Positions 63,554 through 64,000 of a DNA stretch of 64,000 nt are shown one piece after another. The stretch covers positions 74,214,001-74,278,000 of the forward strand of contig OX597824.1 of the NCBI GenBank assembly GCA_951406725.2. The letters run 5' to 3'. The notes beneath the pieces are model-generated. The model saw nothing but the letters and a program-made list of their open reading frames with translations. It did not search any database and was not told the DNA's origin. The position numbers and the translations under genes are program-made. Origin of the DNA: Octopus vulgaris. Lineage: Eukaryota. Within the stretch, counting starts at the first letter, position 1. Every line of letters begins with the position of its first letter.

Positions 63554-64000
63554 TAGTGATGGGAACAATAGAAAAGAATGAGATTTAGTTGCAAGAAATA
63601 TAGAGACACATGTAGTTTTGTGAGAAGGCAAGGAAAGAAGGTATTTTTGGATGAGCTCCAGGAGGTCTCACAGACATGAAAATAGATGCACAGTGACCTA
63701 CTGATGGGTAAAATACAAAAACTCAGAGGAAGATGGAAAGCTGCTTGAAGTCTATTTTGGAAGTAAAAGTCATGCATTGCCTGGGAAAAACAATTTAGTA
63801 CTTCTTATATTCATTTCAGTGACTAGACACTGCAACAATATTGAGGCACCACCTTCATAGGTTTGGTTGCTGAAATTGACTTTATTGTTTATTGGTTGAT
63901 TTATTACTGAAGTTGTGAGACTGCAGCCATGTTGGCTCATCAGTTGTCAAACCATCCCCAACTCATGCAAGCATGGAAAACACGTTAAATGCTGATGATA

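Overview
AT-rich, repeat-dense animal genomic DNA. The SINE/MITE families and microsatellite load resemble octopus (coleoid cephalopod) genomes; this is recalled pattern recognition, not a search result. The only host gene I can support is a multi-exon BAX-like Bcl-2 family gene on the + strand. Five coding exons (33735-47220, about 191 aa) join in frame with GT-AG boundaries and encode BH3, BH1, BH2 and the transmembrane tail; the start exon is not identified. Main observations: (1) a dense, 10-bp-phased cluster of p53/p63-type half-sites at 21313-21680, about 12 kb upstream of the first BAX exon found; (2) a tRNA-headed SINE carrying a hammerhead ribozyme (60595-60862), plus a second insertion with target-site duplication (TSD) in a BAX intron (44206-44284) whose 5' end is exactly the predicted ribozyme cleavage site; (3) a second, monomeric hammerhead at 61152-61202; (4) the BAX BH1 motif reads TWDI instead of NWGR; (5) a roughly 5 kb head-to-tail SINE array downstream of the stop codon, with an inverted partner 9 kb away. 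The rest is SINEs, nested DNA-transposon MITEs (piggyBac-, hAT-, Merlin- and mariner-like), decayed pogo and RTE LINE fragments, and microsatellites. Nearly all ORFs in the supplied track are spurious.
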